In this document: positions 13,564 through 28,500 of the stretch, in pieces
Layout: each line of letters begins with the position of its first letter
How positions within the stretch are numbered: the first letter of the stretch is position 1
Source: Phoronis australis
Taxonomy: Eukaryota > Animalia > Phoronida
Length of the DNA: 64,000 nt
NCBI GenBank assembly: GCA_002633005.1
Contig: NMRA01000234.1
Span: 307,535-371,534, forward strand
Direction of reading: 5' to 3'
The notes under the pieces: generated by a model
Databases searched by the model: none
What the model was told of the DNA's origin: nothing
The model's input: only the letters and a program-made list of their open reading frames with translations
Made by a program: the position numbers and the translations under genes

Positions 13564-16500
13564 ATGCTAACGATGAGTCTTGACCAAGTTCGTCAGCTTT
13601 TGGCTGCTAGCGAGCAGGGAGATGGCAGCACTGTGCAGGCTTTACTTGACCAGAGCGTGCCCGTGAATTCGGCCATTAATGGGGAAGTCACTGCCCTTCA
13701 GGTGGCCGCCGCTAATGGTCATGAACACATTGTTCGCTTATTGTTGATGAATGGAGCGGCCTTGGACAAACCCAACTCATATGGTTGGACGCCATTATTG
13801 CAGGCAGCTCGCCATGGACACGTGAACGTCATGGCGTTACTGCTGCAGAATAAGGCTGACATCAATGCTCGAACTAAAATGAGCACCACCGCACTGACTT
13901 TAGCGGCCACCGGAGGACATGTGCAATGTGTGCGCCTGTTACTTGAAGCTGGAGTTGACTTCAGTAACTCACAGGGCTTTGGCACGAGCGGTGAGTACAC
14001 CGAACATTTGTTGATGACACCACTCATGGCTGCAGCCATTCACGGTCATGATGCTGTACTCAGACTGCTATTGGATCGTGGCTTCAACGTCAACCATCAG
14101 ACGGCGTACACAGGCCAGAGCCTACTCACACTGGCTGCAGCCAATGGTCACATGACTACTGCGCAGATACTTATTGAGAGGGGTGCGGATCCTAACCTTG
14201 TGGATGTCAATGGACAAACTGCATTGGGGATTGCCAGGTCGCTTGGAAAGAGAGAGGTCAAGGGTTATTTGGACCGGAAGACGACAAATAAACCTAAACA
14301 GGGTAAGCTGAAGTGTTGGCACTCTAAAGATCTTAAAGTTTGGATGTCCTTTCCTCATGCATTGTATTGCCCTATTTATGTAGGTTATAAATTCTTCCTC
14401 TTTCATGACATTCCCTGTGAGTTATTTAAAGTTATTATCCTTAGAAATGTGGGAAATAGTACGTTACAATGTGCCCTTATTTTGAGAACCAGTTTGAAGC
14501 CTGTTATTCAATGAAGAAAACTGTGGGCATGTTATGTCCAACTAATACCGAAATGTGTGCCTTGTATTATTTACTGATTGAATAGTAATGTTAAGCAGTC
14601 TTGAATAACATTTTAGAGACACATTTGTCCAGAGCAATGCAATGAAATTTTAGAGACACATTTGTCCAGAGCAATGCAATGAAATTTTAATGAGGGCTTT
14701 CAATCAAGTCTATTCAGACTAGTAAGTTTAAACCACTATCAAATAATGCTTTTGATAATAGACTACCACCATCACCAAGAATTAAAGTTCTTAAATATGT
14801 ATGAAAAGTATTCCGTGAAACTATTTTAAAATCCTTGAAGATCACAAACTCATATGTACATAAAAATAATTCCCAGATGTTGGTACTAGTAATCACGTGA
14901 CTGCATTTTTTCTAACAAATCTCAATTTTTCATGTTACTAGATCACTGTAAATTTCTCATGAAATATGTTCACTCTGTTTCTCTATTCTAGTTCCTACAA
15001 AAGTTTATGTGAGATGTTGTTTTCAGGCTTTTTAGCCCGACAACTCCACTGTTGACGTTATCATTCCTCTAAACAATCAGAAGTCTTCAGTTTTGATGCC
15101 GATCTCTCAGGCTAAAAGGCCTAAAGAGTAAATCAAAACAATCGATGAATGGATATTCCAAGTTTCATGCGTAAAAAGTTAATGTCTGTGGAAAATTTAG
15201 CGATCTGCATAAAATGTGATGATTCTTTAGAAAGAATGCAATTGTGTGCCTACAAACATCTTGGCATTGCTTTCATGCACATTACAATATTCTGTGGTCA
15301 TCAAAGATTTTCAAGTGCATAGTTTAACGAGCTTACTGTACTTCAAAAGTTATACATTGAGAAATCTGATCCTTGGTAACCAAATTAGTCTATTACCACA
15401 GTAGCCTAAAGGGTATCACAAAAACTGATTAAAGCAAAGTGTATATTGATGAGTTGAATGTTCTGTCATTGTTTACACAATATTACATTGTGGCTTGTTC
15501 AATACCCCTAACCTTGCTCTTATAGAATTGTGTACATAACTTGCCTGCACCGATCGTCAGATCAATAAGAAGTCCAGACACACCCTCTGTGACTAAAAAA
15601 AAACTATTTGGGCTAATGGAGTAGATCAGTAAAATTCAACAGTTTGAGATCTAGTAGGGCAAGTGAAATGTTATTTTCTCATTTTTGCATGAAAGATACC
15701 ATTGTGAAAATTTCTGAGCATTTCACTAACAATATTGGAATGCTTTAAAGAATGATAAGGACAGTGTTTGCTATTATTTTTTGCTGAAATTTTGCAGTCA
15801 GTGTAAAATGTCACTGAGTATGAAAAGATATAACGCTGTGGTGATGACTGAATGAACTGTAGTTCTGTTTACTGAGCTACAGTTCATTAAACTACACTGC
15901 AGTTCCCCAATATTTTGTTAAATGTGCGAGAATGAGGTGACACAGCAAGGAGTGATGGCCTCCAGACAAGGGGCGCCTGCCTTCAGACAATGGGTGACTG
16001 CCTCCAGACAAGGGGTGATTGTCCCCAGACATGGGGTGACTGCTTCCAGATAAGGGGTGACTACCCCCAGACAAGGGGTGACTGCTCCCAGACAAGGGGT
16101 GACTGCTCCCAGACAAGGGGTGACTGCTTCCAGATAAGGGGTGACTGTCCCCAGACAACCAGCAGACGTCTGGGTATTGGCAGATGGGCCAAATATTCAT
16201 GGCACTCTAAAAGAAACGTGTTTTGTTGTTTATAAACTAGAACAATCTGCAGTTAGTAGCCAGTGTGTTCCATCCAAATGCAGTAGTCCTGGCCAATAAG
16301 ACCTTTCTGGTTTTAAGAACTGGAAGGAATATCAACAGTTTTGTGAGCCCCTTGGATATGTGTAGACTGGGCATTACATCTATCAAAGTTTTGCCATTGT
16401 TGGACAAAGGCCTTCAATTGTGAATTCTGGTTGGGCTTGAAGTTAAAGTGCAACTTGATCAAACATCTCTGACAGTGTCCATTCCGTGATATGACAAACT

Positions 16501-19500
16501 TCGTGTTCCCTGTTCAGGATACTCATGCCTGTCCTTGTTTTGGGTAGAAATGTTGAATTTTCAGTGTTTATGTTTTCTAACATGAAATTCAGATTATTAT
16601 AAAATTATTTGTGTTTATTCGAAATCCTTTTATGCGCCCACATTTAAATATTTGGGCGCATATTGTTTGAAATTGCTAGAAGGTATACTGGTAGAACCAC
16701 GAATAACATCACAAGACTTCAAAGACTTCACATGAGTTCGTGTAAAATACCTACTTTAATGGTTACACAATTTACTAAACCCCTTGCTGGATCCTAGTGA
16801 GATTTAGTAGACCTAGATGTGTTCCTATGAAGCTGACCACAGATGGCAATGCATTTTGAACCAATCTGACATCTGCTATGATCCCTAGTGGCAATTTTAG
16901 TTTCATAGGTTTGCCTCTATTATTAAGAGTTCCTTGATGGATTTTCATCAAATGTGTTTCTAACTAAGAGACAGCAACGCCTTCCTATTTTTGGATAGAT
17001 TTGACATAGTCTGCATCACTTACTGGGCAATTTTAAAAATTTTCAAAGACATCCATTTTTGGCATCCGCCTCGTTATCTGCCAAACCACTTGAACAATCA
17101 TTTTGAAAATTGTATTTGTGTTCCTGGTGAGAACTCCGCAGCCGGCATTGATTTTTGTATGGATTCAACTACTCTGGCATCTGCTAGTGGTGATTTTGTT
17201 GCGTTTGTAGTTGTACTTCCACAATCATGTGTAGGATAATGGATTGGCAGATTTGTTCTTATGGAGCTCACAAGAGACCAGTCCGACTACAGGTGTGCCC
17301 GCTAGTGGCGATTTTTGTTTTTGTTTGCATCTTCATCTTGAGAATTCATTTATGGAGTTTCATGAAATTTGTCAAATGAGTATCTAATAAGGAGACAACA
17401 ATGAACTGTGTGGCTTTGCATTTTCGGATGTTATCTGCACCATCCGGTGGCTATTTTTATAAGTTTAAGTCATTTTTGCATCATCTCAAGGGATAATTAT
17501 GAAACAAAGCAGACACGTTTCTGATGAGAAGACCATGGTCGACATTGACAACTGTGGTGCAACCTAGTCATGATTTTTGTCTTTTGTGTCTAAGACTAAA
17601 GCTCTCGATTCCTTTGCACGATCTTAGTGAAATTCTGTATGTGGTTTGCTATGAATGTGATAATGGCTGTCCACGACTTTGCACAGCTTTGGCTTCTGCT
17701 GCTGGGCCCTTGTGGCAATTTTAGCTTTTACATCTTCAGAGTTCCTGTCCATAGTCTGCGCCCTCTAATGGCCATTTGTACAACTATTACTAATGAAAAC
17801 CCTTGGAAACATACCATTTGCAGTGCAGTCATAGGTGTATTACAATTTTTTTGCATTGCTCTTGTTGGTATTTCCTTGTTTGTATGAAATGGAAATTTTT
17901 ATATGATTATTATTCTTAAATAATTTTATTGTGGTTAACTCTTTATGTTTTTTGTTTTACAGTTAACGAATCGTTGAAACCCAACATTATTGAAGCAGCA
18001 AAATCTGGTGGGTTTGCGTGTATTCACGTGTTTAGTAACCATTGTAGTTAACCTGAATATAGTCATCTTTTTGGTACTGGCTTCCTCCTACTGGTAGTCA
18101 GACATCGATAACCACGACCCGTGATCTGATCTCCATGTTCAAAACTTGATGCAAAAGTTTAGCAACTGCATGGATGCTATGAGTTAACTTACTAATTTGT
18201 ACTCGAAATCTGTGACGTTGTTGGTTAAGTTTTGAGTCTGAGTCGGGAATGAGTTCGGAGATTAGACCCGGGAACCAGATCTGTTGACTCTTTCGAAATT
18301 TTACCCCAATTTGAAATAACTCAAAATGTAAGTTGAAATGGTGTTATTCTGAAAAACATTCGTATCACAAATTTCTTAGTATTTTAACGAAGTTAACCTG
18401 ACCATTCCTGATCACCCTCATTACCTTTGCACCACATTTTTTTTGCACGCAAGTTAAAACTGACCACGTGGAGGTAAGAAATTATGGATTCAAAGCTGAG
18501 TGTGACAAGTGAGTGTACAGTTCACACCACACATGTTCTAGTGTACAAGTATTCAGTGTGTAGTCACAGGATGTTAGTGATTATGTAATCAGTAGCAAGC
18601 AAGCTACCTGTTGTCCATGCATTGTAATGGACAATGCTAGACCACATTTTATGTGGGAGCTTACAGACTTGTCCATGTATTTTAGCCAAATATAATGTTA
18701 TAGATTTAATAGTATATACTTTCTGAAAATAGAAAGCCTGTAAAATTTGACTTTTGACTTTATACCGTAGTGCTATTAATTGGATCATGTGCAATTTTAG
18801 CCAAAAAAGAATGGCACATCAATAGGAAAACAATGGTATTATAGCATGACTGAATTTTATTTGATATAAATGTTCAAGATGAAATCTCAAAAACACTATT
18901 ACAGTTTTTTAAATTATCATTTCATTGTATGTCACTTTTGATTTTTTTCTTAAAAGTCCTATTTTTGATAGCCTTTATGGAACTGTGGAAAATTAAAAAA
19001 AAACATTGCTAACAGTGTTTAGAAGAACAGGGCATAAAGTATGGTGCCTGAAAGTTTCATATGAATCTGGTGGTCAGACATTTCTTAGATGTGATGTTCC
19101 AAAGTTCGCCAAATTTGGCCATTTATCGAGGGTCCTACATAACGTTAAGTTCATGTTCTGATACTGCACTGTCTAGCATATACCTCCTGCTCATGTCGGT
19201 TGGTCATTAACTTTGTTCTGAGCATACTCAGTGGTCTGGTGGTTAAACCACTCTATACAAAATATGAAGTTGAGAGCCATGTCTTAACGGGCTGTTATTT
19301 CTATAATCGTGCTAATTGGCACCAAGGTTAGTTTATGACTGTCCGTGACTTCTTCAACTTACCTATTTTTTCAGGCGACCTAGCACGAATGGCACAGATC
19401 CTTGATGACGACATCTTACAGCGTGACGCTACGTCACCCCACGATGGTGCTACTCCTCTCATGTTCGCGGCCATGATGGGCCGTCTAGACATGGCGCAGT

Positions 19501-22500
19501 TACTGGTGGCACGAGGTTGTGATATCAACAAGCAAGACAATATCAGTGGATGGACAGCGTTGATGCAGGCCACATACCATGGGTAGGCCCACTGTGTAAT
19601 GGGGAATTTGTGCTGTGCAGAATATTACGGGAAATCATTTTAGAAAAAGTTGGTTTAGGTCAGTTTACAATAAAGCCGGGCTGTCCAGTTTTGAATAAGT
19701 AAACTTTTGTCAGTCTTTCAACCTGCTACCAGACTGTTAAGTGTTGTAAATAATACAAATGATTCCGAGTGGCAGTGTTATTGTCAGTTGTCATTTACAT
19801 GATAGTAAAAATTCCCCAGTTTGTGACAACGTGAAGTTAACTGTTTGCCTCATGGTAGGAATCTGTACCAAATTTTAGACATGGAATATTGGCCCCTCCA
19901 AATTCAAGAGAACGAGAAAGACTAAACAAACGGTATGCAAATTTTAGAATTAATTTAGCACGGTACCAACTACATATGTTTCAATTTTGTGGTTAAAAGG
20001 AGAATGTATGAGAGGTTAACAGTCATTCCGTCGAGATTACAAACTATGGGACGCATGAAAATGTTGTGTTGGCAGATATTTTCAACAATTTTATGGATTG
20101 CCAAACTTAGACTCTGGTGATACAAAACACAGTGTCTGATATGTTGAACACCAAAATAGCCCATGTCCCAGTCTTCAGATGCTGTCCCACACTGTACAAT
20201 GTTTACTGTAAAGTGAAAGGTCAATAACGCCATATTCCATAAAATAACACAATCTGGTAACCTATAATTTGTCTTCACTTAACTTAGAAGAGTGCAGTTG
20301 GAAATTTTTGATCACTAAATCAAAAGTCTATTTTTTGCGGATAAAATGCTGGAAAATTTTGTGACCTGGAGTAAGTGAGTGCATTCTGAATTTTGAAAAT
20401 GCTGAGATTTGGGCTAAGTGATAAACAGTCACTTAGTGATTTTTTAAGCATTGAATGCTACCGTACATCCTATGGGGACAATTTATGACTACAGATTTTG
20501 TTGGTTCATGAAACTTACAGGAAATAAGAAATAAATGACACTCCACTCATCATATACATTTGACTTGTTGATTTTTTCTTATGAACCATTAACTTTCGTA
20601 GTCATTCAGTCTCTCAAAGTTGTTCCCACTTTCAGCCCATTTTTGTTTTTCACCTGAGGAGTCCTTATGGAGTTGTTTGTTGTATTGTTACCATCAACCT
20701 TTCACGTCTGCTATTCAGTACTAAATGTTTCACTGGTGTGATGCAGCGCTTGTAAAACCTGACGTTGGCTAATAACTGTCTGATGAACAATGGTTTTTGT
20801 GGCCTCTTGGAACAGCTAAGTTTCAGTGCGTGACACACTCGAGTGTAAGTGCATTGTAAAACATCTCTGGACTCGGAAGGAATTTATAGGATCCTTGCTT
20901 CTTTCGTGTAGGCATCTTTTTGTGTTTAAGTGAGCTGTGATTTTGATTTTGAGGATTATCTTGTCTAGATGGTGTACTAAGGGCTTGCCTTTCATTAGTT
21001 GGTCTGTGGAACTCAGCAAATCTGTATTATGTGCTGTTGGTAGTGCTCATCAATTGCTGTGTGTGCAAGTCATGAAAGTCATCAATTGCTGTGTGTGCAA
21101 GTCATGCAAGTCATCAATTGCTGTGTGTGCAAGTCATGAAAGTCATCAATTGCTGTGTGTGCAAGTCATGCAAGTCATCAATTGCTGTGTGTGCAAGTCA
21201 TGAAAGTCATCAATTGCTGTGTGTGCAAGTCATGAAAGTCATCAATTGATGTGTGTGCAAGTCATGCAAGTCATCAATTGCTGTGTGTGCAAGTCATGCA
21301 AGCCTATAGAGAAGCAAAAAGCATTGTATCAAAAATGTTGAGTATAAACAGACATTGCAATTGTTTATTTGTGTTTCTTGCTGGTAGATGTGGTAATAGT
21401 CAATTACAGGGATCCTGCATTTTGAGAACCAGTTTTCTCCTCAGAATAACAGACATCAATCTGGTTCTCAAAATCAGGGATCTCTGTATAAGTGACTTTT
21501 ACTGATGTTGCAATAGTGTGAAATTACAAAGTAATATGTTCGTCATTTTTTTGCAGACGGAAGGATGTGGCAAAGTATCTAATCAGTGCCGGCTTGGATG
21601 TCTCTGTTACAGCTAAGAATGGTTGCACAGCATTTGTCATGGCATCTCTCATTGGTTAGTAGCTACTCTAAAGCCCAACCGTCATTAAGTCTGCTAACAT
21701 TTAAAGCCCAACTGTCATTAAATCAAGTGAATGTCTGGAAAGTCTGTTGTAATGCTTTGTGGTCTTGCATTAGATACTTTGAGACAATACTTGTTAATTG
21801 AGACCTCGCAAAGCATGCTGTAACCTGCTCTACACTATTGATATGACATCACTTCAAGACAGTCAACTCCAGCAAACACTCTGAGCAGAGGTATGTTTTT
21901 TGTTACTGACTACTGAATGATAGGGAGCATGTCAAGTGTATTGTTCTGTCCTATTGGATATTGTGTATTGAATTATAACCCCTTGTAAGAAAGTGATGTC
22001 ACCAGGTTGACTGGGGGTGTGCTCCATAAACCATATGGTGTGAGCATATCTTGAACACATCTGTCTTATAATAAGTGTGTGAGTATAGTATCAACATGTC
22101 TACCTAATATTGACAGATGATGTAGACACAGAGCTGCTTCAGCTGTTGGCTGCCAAGACCATGCCAGTGAGTCTGACTACCAACAATAACAGGAAGAAGG
22201 TGTGGCAGTCAAAGGCTACGGGTACTGCTGGTGCTACCGGGGCTCTGCTTGTTGAACACAGTGGGTGAGCGCTCCTCTCTTTCACTGGCTTTTGGTCCGT
22301 CACCAGATAAAAACTTTAGCATCCCGAGGTTAAACTTGACTTAGAGCAGTCTGTGTAATAGGAAAATGAAATAACAGCTGACCCCCTGTGACATTTACAA
22401 ACTTACCTGGTTGTTAATACAAGTACTAAGCAGATTACATATAAACACATGGCTCTTGCATTATTCTTCCGCACAGTAGGGTTATCTTGGGGAAAACACC

Positions 22501-25500
22501 AGTATCATGCTAAGTAATCCTGTGTGGCCACCAATCTTGTCATTGGTGCTTTACAAGTGATGGCTAGTTGGTCCAAATGTCTCACAAGCATTTGTGCACT
22601 TTGGCAGGACACATCCAATAATTTTAAGTCAAATGAACAAATCTTTCATCTAAGCATAATGAAGCACCAGTCAAGCATGCTATGACTTATATTTTATGTA
22701 TTAACTGGCCATTGTTAGTTTATCTACTATATATAGTGTTCATTTCCAGATATTTGTGCCTTAAGGCCCTAAATCCAAAAATCGAAACTTAATTTTACAC
22801 ATTGTAGGATCCTCTGAACATGTAAAATCTTTCATCAGCTCATATTTCTGCTTTAATCAACCAGAAATAATTATGTTCAGTACTTAACATCCCCATATTC
22901 TTAAAGTGGCCACTATTTTTACCACAGCAGAAATTATGAAATAAACACTGTGCATATCTGTGTTATAGTTATTGTAACGTGTCTTCTTCTGTTTCAGTGC
23001 TGATGAAGACCAGAAAACTGGTCTCAAGGTATGTTGAATAGGCCTGTTCCATCATAGCATCTGTAGCTCAGATGACTGGCCCTGATAAATATAATCAGAT
23101 GAACCCCCCATAGAAGAAAACTCCCACGACTCCCCTGATAAATACAATCAGATGAACCCCCCCATAGAAGAACACTCACACGACTCCCCTGATAAATACA
23201 ATCANNNNNNNNNNNNNNNNNNNNNNNNNNNNNNNNNNNNNNNNNNNNNNNNNNNNNNNNNNNNNNNNNNNNNNNNNNNNNNNNNNNNNNNNNNNNNNNN
23301 NNNNNNNNNNNNNNNNNNNNNNNNNNNNNNNNNNNNNNNNNNNNNNNNNNNNNNNNNNNNNNNNNNNNNNNNNNNNNNNNNNNNNNNNNNNNNNNNNNNN
23401 NNNNNNNNNNNNNNNNNNNNNNNNNNNNNNNNNNNNNNNNNNNNNNNNNNNNNNNNNNNNNNNNNNNNNNNNNNNNNNNNNNNNNNNNNNNNNNNNNNNN
23501 NNNNNNNNNNNNNNNNNNNNNNNNNNNNNNNNNNNNNNNNNNNNNNNNNNNNNNNNNNNNNNNNNNNNNNNNNNNNNNNNNNNNNNNNNNNNNNNNNNNN
23601 NNNNNNNNNNNNNNNNNNNNNNNNNNNNNNNNNNNNNNNNNNNNNNNNNNNNNNNNNNNNNNNNNNNNNNNNNNNNNNNNNNNNNNNNNNNNNNNNNNNN
23701 NNNNNNNNNNNNNNNNNNNNNNNNNNNNNNNNNNNNNNNNNNNNNNNNNNNNNNNNNNNNNNNNNNNNNNNNNNNNNNNNNNNNNNNNNNNNNGAAGTAC
23801 ACTCAGAGGACCCCCCTTATAAATACAATCAGATGAACCCCCCCATAGAAGTACACTCAGAGGATCCCCTGATAAATACAATCAGATGAACCCCCCATAG
23901 AAGTACACTCAGAGGACCCCCTGATAAGTACAATCAGATGACTGCCTTTTAAGGACACTCTGATGACCTCCACTTATAAGTTCACTCCTGACCCCCTGAT
24001 AAGTACACTCCAGCGTTTTTAACACACTGTTCGTTGCTTAATGAAGAAAAATTTGTGGATTCTGGAATTGAGCTTCACAGGCTGTTTTGTTTGGAATGTA
24101 CGGTTTCCTGCTATCGACTGGTATTTCAAAACGTTAATTTCTATTTCATCCGATATTTTGAAGAGCATTGAATGCTCAAAATATGCAACATTTACGCAGT
24201 GATTTTTTATGCCCAAAGGTACGTAGAATAGGGGTAAATACAATCAGTTGGCCGCCCTAATTGAATTCGCATGTAGAGGTCACTATTTTTAAGTGATAGG
24301 ACAGAATGTGATTATAATCCTAGATCAAGTTTTATGATAAGTTTTAAAGTTTTAAGAGGTCTGGGAGCATAACTGTAAGATGAACAGTTGCATTATTGAT
24401 CTCTTCTTCTTTTGTGCCAGTCTCAGTAAAAGTGAGAAACTATTGCAAAGTAATTACTTTCCCTTTACCTTACAGGGGTGGTGGAATCGTATGTCGAACC
24501 GCTTCCGTAATCTCAAAATAGGCAAAACATCCAATCGCTTGGCTCCACTGCCAAGCATTGAGGACAATCCTGTCTCACCGAGTGCAACCCTTAAACCCTC
24601 TCCAATAACTGCTGTAAGTTGCTGTGTGTAGCCTGGGTATTATTTTGTGAATCGGACAAAATATTTACGATGTTGCAGTGTTTCCTTGTAAAATCACAAT
24701 GGAATGTTGAAGAGCATGGAGCGCCATCTGCATACTGTTGTACACACTACGTTATACTGTTTTTCAGTGAGTCTTGGAGTACACTTTAGGTTGCACTTCC
24801 TTTTCTATACGAAAATCTTCCTTGTCTTTGCTTGATAGTATAAACAACATTACACGTTTATTGCAGACTTCCTCCACTGGCCAATTTGTGCCCACTGAGT
24901 TGACCCCAGTTGACCCCTTAACCTCAATGACTTCTATAACCAGCTATGAGAGTGTTCTGCAAGAGACTAAGAAAAGTGCTTCTAGGTTTACTTTGGTAAG
25001 TCTTTGTTTTCAGATAGTGTTTCATAGTGTTCTCTGTAATGGATACTTAGTAGTATAATAGTAAAGTAGCCATTTGGATTGATGTCTAAGGTGTATAGAT
25101 TGAAAGTCTGGAGTATTTGGAGTGAAATAAGTGTTTATATTAGCTATCAATATTGTGTTAATGACCAGGGGGCCACATCACATGCACAATGCAATGTTCT
25201 GCAGGTGAGTTCAAGGCAAGGCTATTTACACTCAGTTGAGATCTGAAACAAGTGTTCGTGAAGGGAGGGTGGTTTGAGGAACCAAACGTTTGGCCATAAA
25301 ACTGAACGTGGCTGTTTTAACGTGAAAATTTGAGGAATTGGTGCATGTTAACACGGTATAGTAAACCCTCCTGTCAAAAAATGAACTTTTGATTTAGACC
25401 ATTTGCCATCATAGATCTGGTCTTGTATTGTTCCATCATAGAGTTTGTCTTGTCGTGTTCCTTACTTTGATTAGAAGTGATTTGAATTACCCGAGACCAT

Positions 25501-28500
25501 GTTCAGATCATAAAACGACGTGTCAAGTCAAGCCAGCTTTTTAGTTTAGTCTTGAGCATTAGCAAGTGTTCTGCCAGAGGCCACTCACGCATGGTGCATA
25601 AAGTGACCCAAACAGAACATGAAGTGACCCACACGTGCATAAAATGACCCGCAGAGGAAATAAAGTGACCCACATGGCACATAAAATGACCCCCACAGGA
25701 CATCAAAATGACCCAGTGTAATTTCTTCCAAACTCCAAGAGCCACCTTTAATCTAAGTAAGGAACAATTCTAAAATGGCATGTGGTGTACAATAATTCTG
25801 TTCAGCACATAATGTGACAACTGAAATATTATTTTTTTAGGTTTCTGTTCAAAAATAAAAGTTAAGAAAATTTCAATTTAGCAGTTGCTTGGGTTGTACT
25901 GTGTGGTTTATTCTTTAAATGGTATTTCTGTAATATACTGAAAGGCAATCAGTCTTTGAAAAATAGAAAAATTACAATGTGGGTGAAATAAGTGAATAAT
26001 TACCATAATTCAAAATTTAATTTGCTACAAAAGTTGGGTTTATGGCAGCTTTGATATGAGAAAAAGATATTTATTTGTTGTGTATTAATCGCATATGAGA
26101 TTGCTCTAATAACTGGTGTGTTTTGACTGTAACTCTCAATGTCAAGTTAATCTTGCTGACATGGACTGAGTGTGGAGTGATGAGAGTGTTGTATTGTGTA
26201 AACGCGTGAACAACTATGAACAGCGTAACTTGGGAGTCAACTGATAACATTACTTGTAAGCAAAGTTTGATGTTGTCAAAAACAAAACACACTATGAAAC
26301 GTGGTTTTCTAACTTTATGTTGAGGCGTGTCAACACTTAAGCACTTTACATTTTATTAAAGGATTGGTGTAAACTTTCTTGTGCAATTTATTACCTGTAC
26401 ATGGTTTTAGGTGCCTGTTTGTTTTCAGGACACCAATTTTACCAGTGATGGTACCCTGAAAGCTGTGATACCACCGTTTCTGCCCCCGCCCTCCTTTCAT
26501 CAAGTTGAAGGCCTGGACCGTGGACGGAGGACGCCATTTGACAATGGTGGCCGCAGTAAACTATTTGTGGATAAACCTGTGGTATGCTGTCAATGATATT
26601 ATGCCGTAACATGTGATATGCTGACAATGATATTCTGAATGTGGTGTGGTATGCTGTCAATGATACTCTGCTATAACAGTCAACAAGAAACTCATTAGAT
26701 GGCACTAGTACAATATTGATTCTACCTGGAGAAATGAATGCATTCAGATTACATGTGATCTTTGACCTATGAACGCTTCTATACTGGTGGACAACTTCAT
26801 ATACTCTGTTGATAAAAAATCCAGTTCTTCATCAGGACCACCTAATTTTGAATGGGTTATTGCAACAATGACCATACTGTAAACCCTGCTTAAGTAAAAC
26901 TTCTGTTCCATAAGCATAGATTTCTCACCAGAATGTCTTGTGAGTGTCTCATGAGTGACTTGCATTTTCTGAAGATGCCCCAGTTTTACACTATGTTGAA
27001 TTTGTTGTTTGGTGACTGACTTAACCCTTACTGTCTAACTTATGGATGACTTAACTCTGTTCATCTAACGGATGACTTTCATTAGAGCTTCTTTTCCTAA
27101 AAATCAGCATATCACCCTGGACACTATCTAAGTGTTGTGTGCTCACGTTGCCTGCCACTTACTGCAGTCTTCTCCATTGACAGATGGAATATTTGTGGTT
27201 CATACTAAGATCACCAGGGTTTGCTGTAGATCCGGGACTTAGTCATTCAGTTATTCCGTGATAACCAAGTTCATCCATGCATTCAAACAAACAAACATTC
27301 ATTGATCCATCGAAGAAAACTTTGGCAAAACTAATAACTGACTGTTCTCCATGGGCAGCCAACTAATTAATTATTAGTCACTGAGTTGGATATTTTTGGT
27401 TTGAATTTTTGCATGCTTTAATGAGAACATTGTCAAGTATTGCCTCATTAGTGACCTTTTTTCTAGTTTACTCCTGTCAAACACCCCATGGTGGCTCCAC
27501 GTAAGACTCGTCCCACAGGCGACACGGCACCCACAAGTCCCTCCAACTCATCTCACTTCTCCTACAGCAACCCCAGCCCGGGCTCTTCAGGTGGTGCCAG
27601 TAGTATCACTGCCCTAGTTGGACCCCACCAGGGCGGCGCCGGTAGTCGTGCCTCCAGTACAACCAGTAGTACACTGACTCCTGCCGACACACTCAGCAAG
27701 ACTGGTAAGTGTGTTAACACCTGTTCAGCTGTAGGTAAACGTCTTGGTTTTCATCTGATCAAGTACTGGTATTTATTTCCATGTGCCCACATGCTTGCAT
27801 GCACACACGCATGTACGTTTGATTGACATGTTTGAACTATACATTGTGTTCAACGCAACCGAATGATGGTTAACATGTTAAAATGTTAACTTTGTTTTCA
27901 GGTTCTAGTCGATACACTGAAGCTACATTCCTTCATGTCAAGCCTCCAAGTTTCCTACTTAACAGGTAAGTCTGGAGGGACATTGAATTGAAGGTATTGA
28001 TGAAAAATGGCTGGGAACATCTGTGTATGCTAGATTCTTATTTTCCTTAAGTTGTTATTTGTGTAAAATGGCATCATAGAAAACAGTCTCCCATTAGTCT
28101 CATCTGTTGAGAAGGGAAGGAGACGGTTTCATCATGTAATGTTCATGTGCATAGAACTTGTTACAAAGTACTTTCTTTACTCACACTGAGTGCAGCAGAC
28201 TAACCTCAAATATTACTTGAACTCCAACTCTTAGAGAGCTGTAGTTTCAAGCTATGAGCTACTGGAGCTTGTTAGACCCGTGCCTCCTCTACCAACTACT
28301 ACAGTGAAAGTGATGTTTCTCTGTTCCATTTTGTTGTTATTGTATGTATTGCCTCTAATTATCAGTGTACGTTATTCATAACCGTCCCCAAAAAACGCAA
28401 CTTTCCAAAATTTTCTTCCTTTACACGATCTTCTGCAAAATTTTAGAAATTTTGAAGGTATAAAAAATATGGAAGATCCCTTATAGAGTGATTAGTCAGA

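Noticed and set aside
13719-14406. Antisense ORFs over the ANKS6 ankyrin exon
   Set aside because: Shadow ORFs of the real coding exon.
14303-14514. C-terminal part of the 316-aa ORF
   Set aside because: Intron read-through after the CAGG|GTAAGC donor at 14302.
21048-21303. Regular 32-bp repeats resembling a CRISPR array (also 40599-40779)
   Set aside because: No unique spacers, eukaryotic intron context and no cas genes; these are minisatellites.
23024-23889. Long ORFs containing X runs (also 31005-31958)
   Set aside because: Artefacts of assembly gaps.
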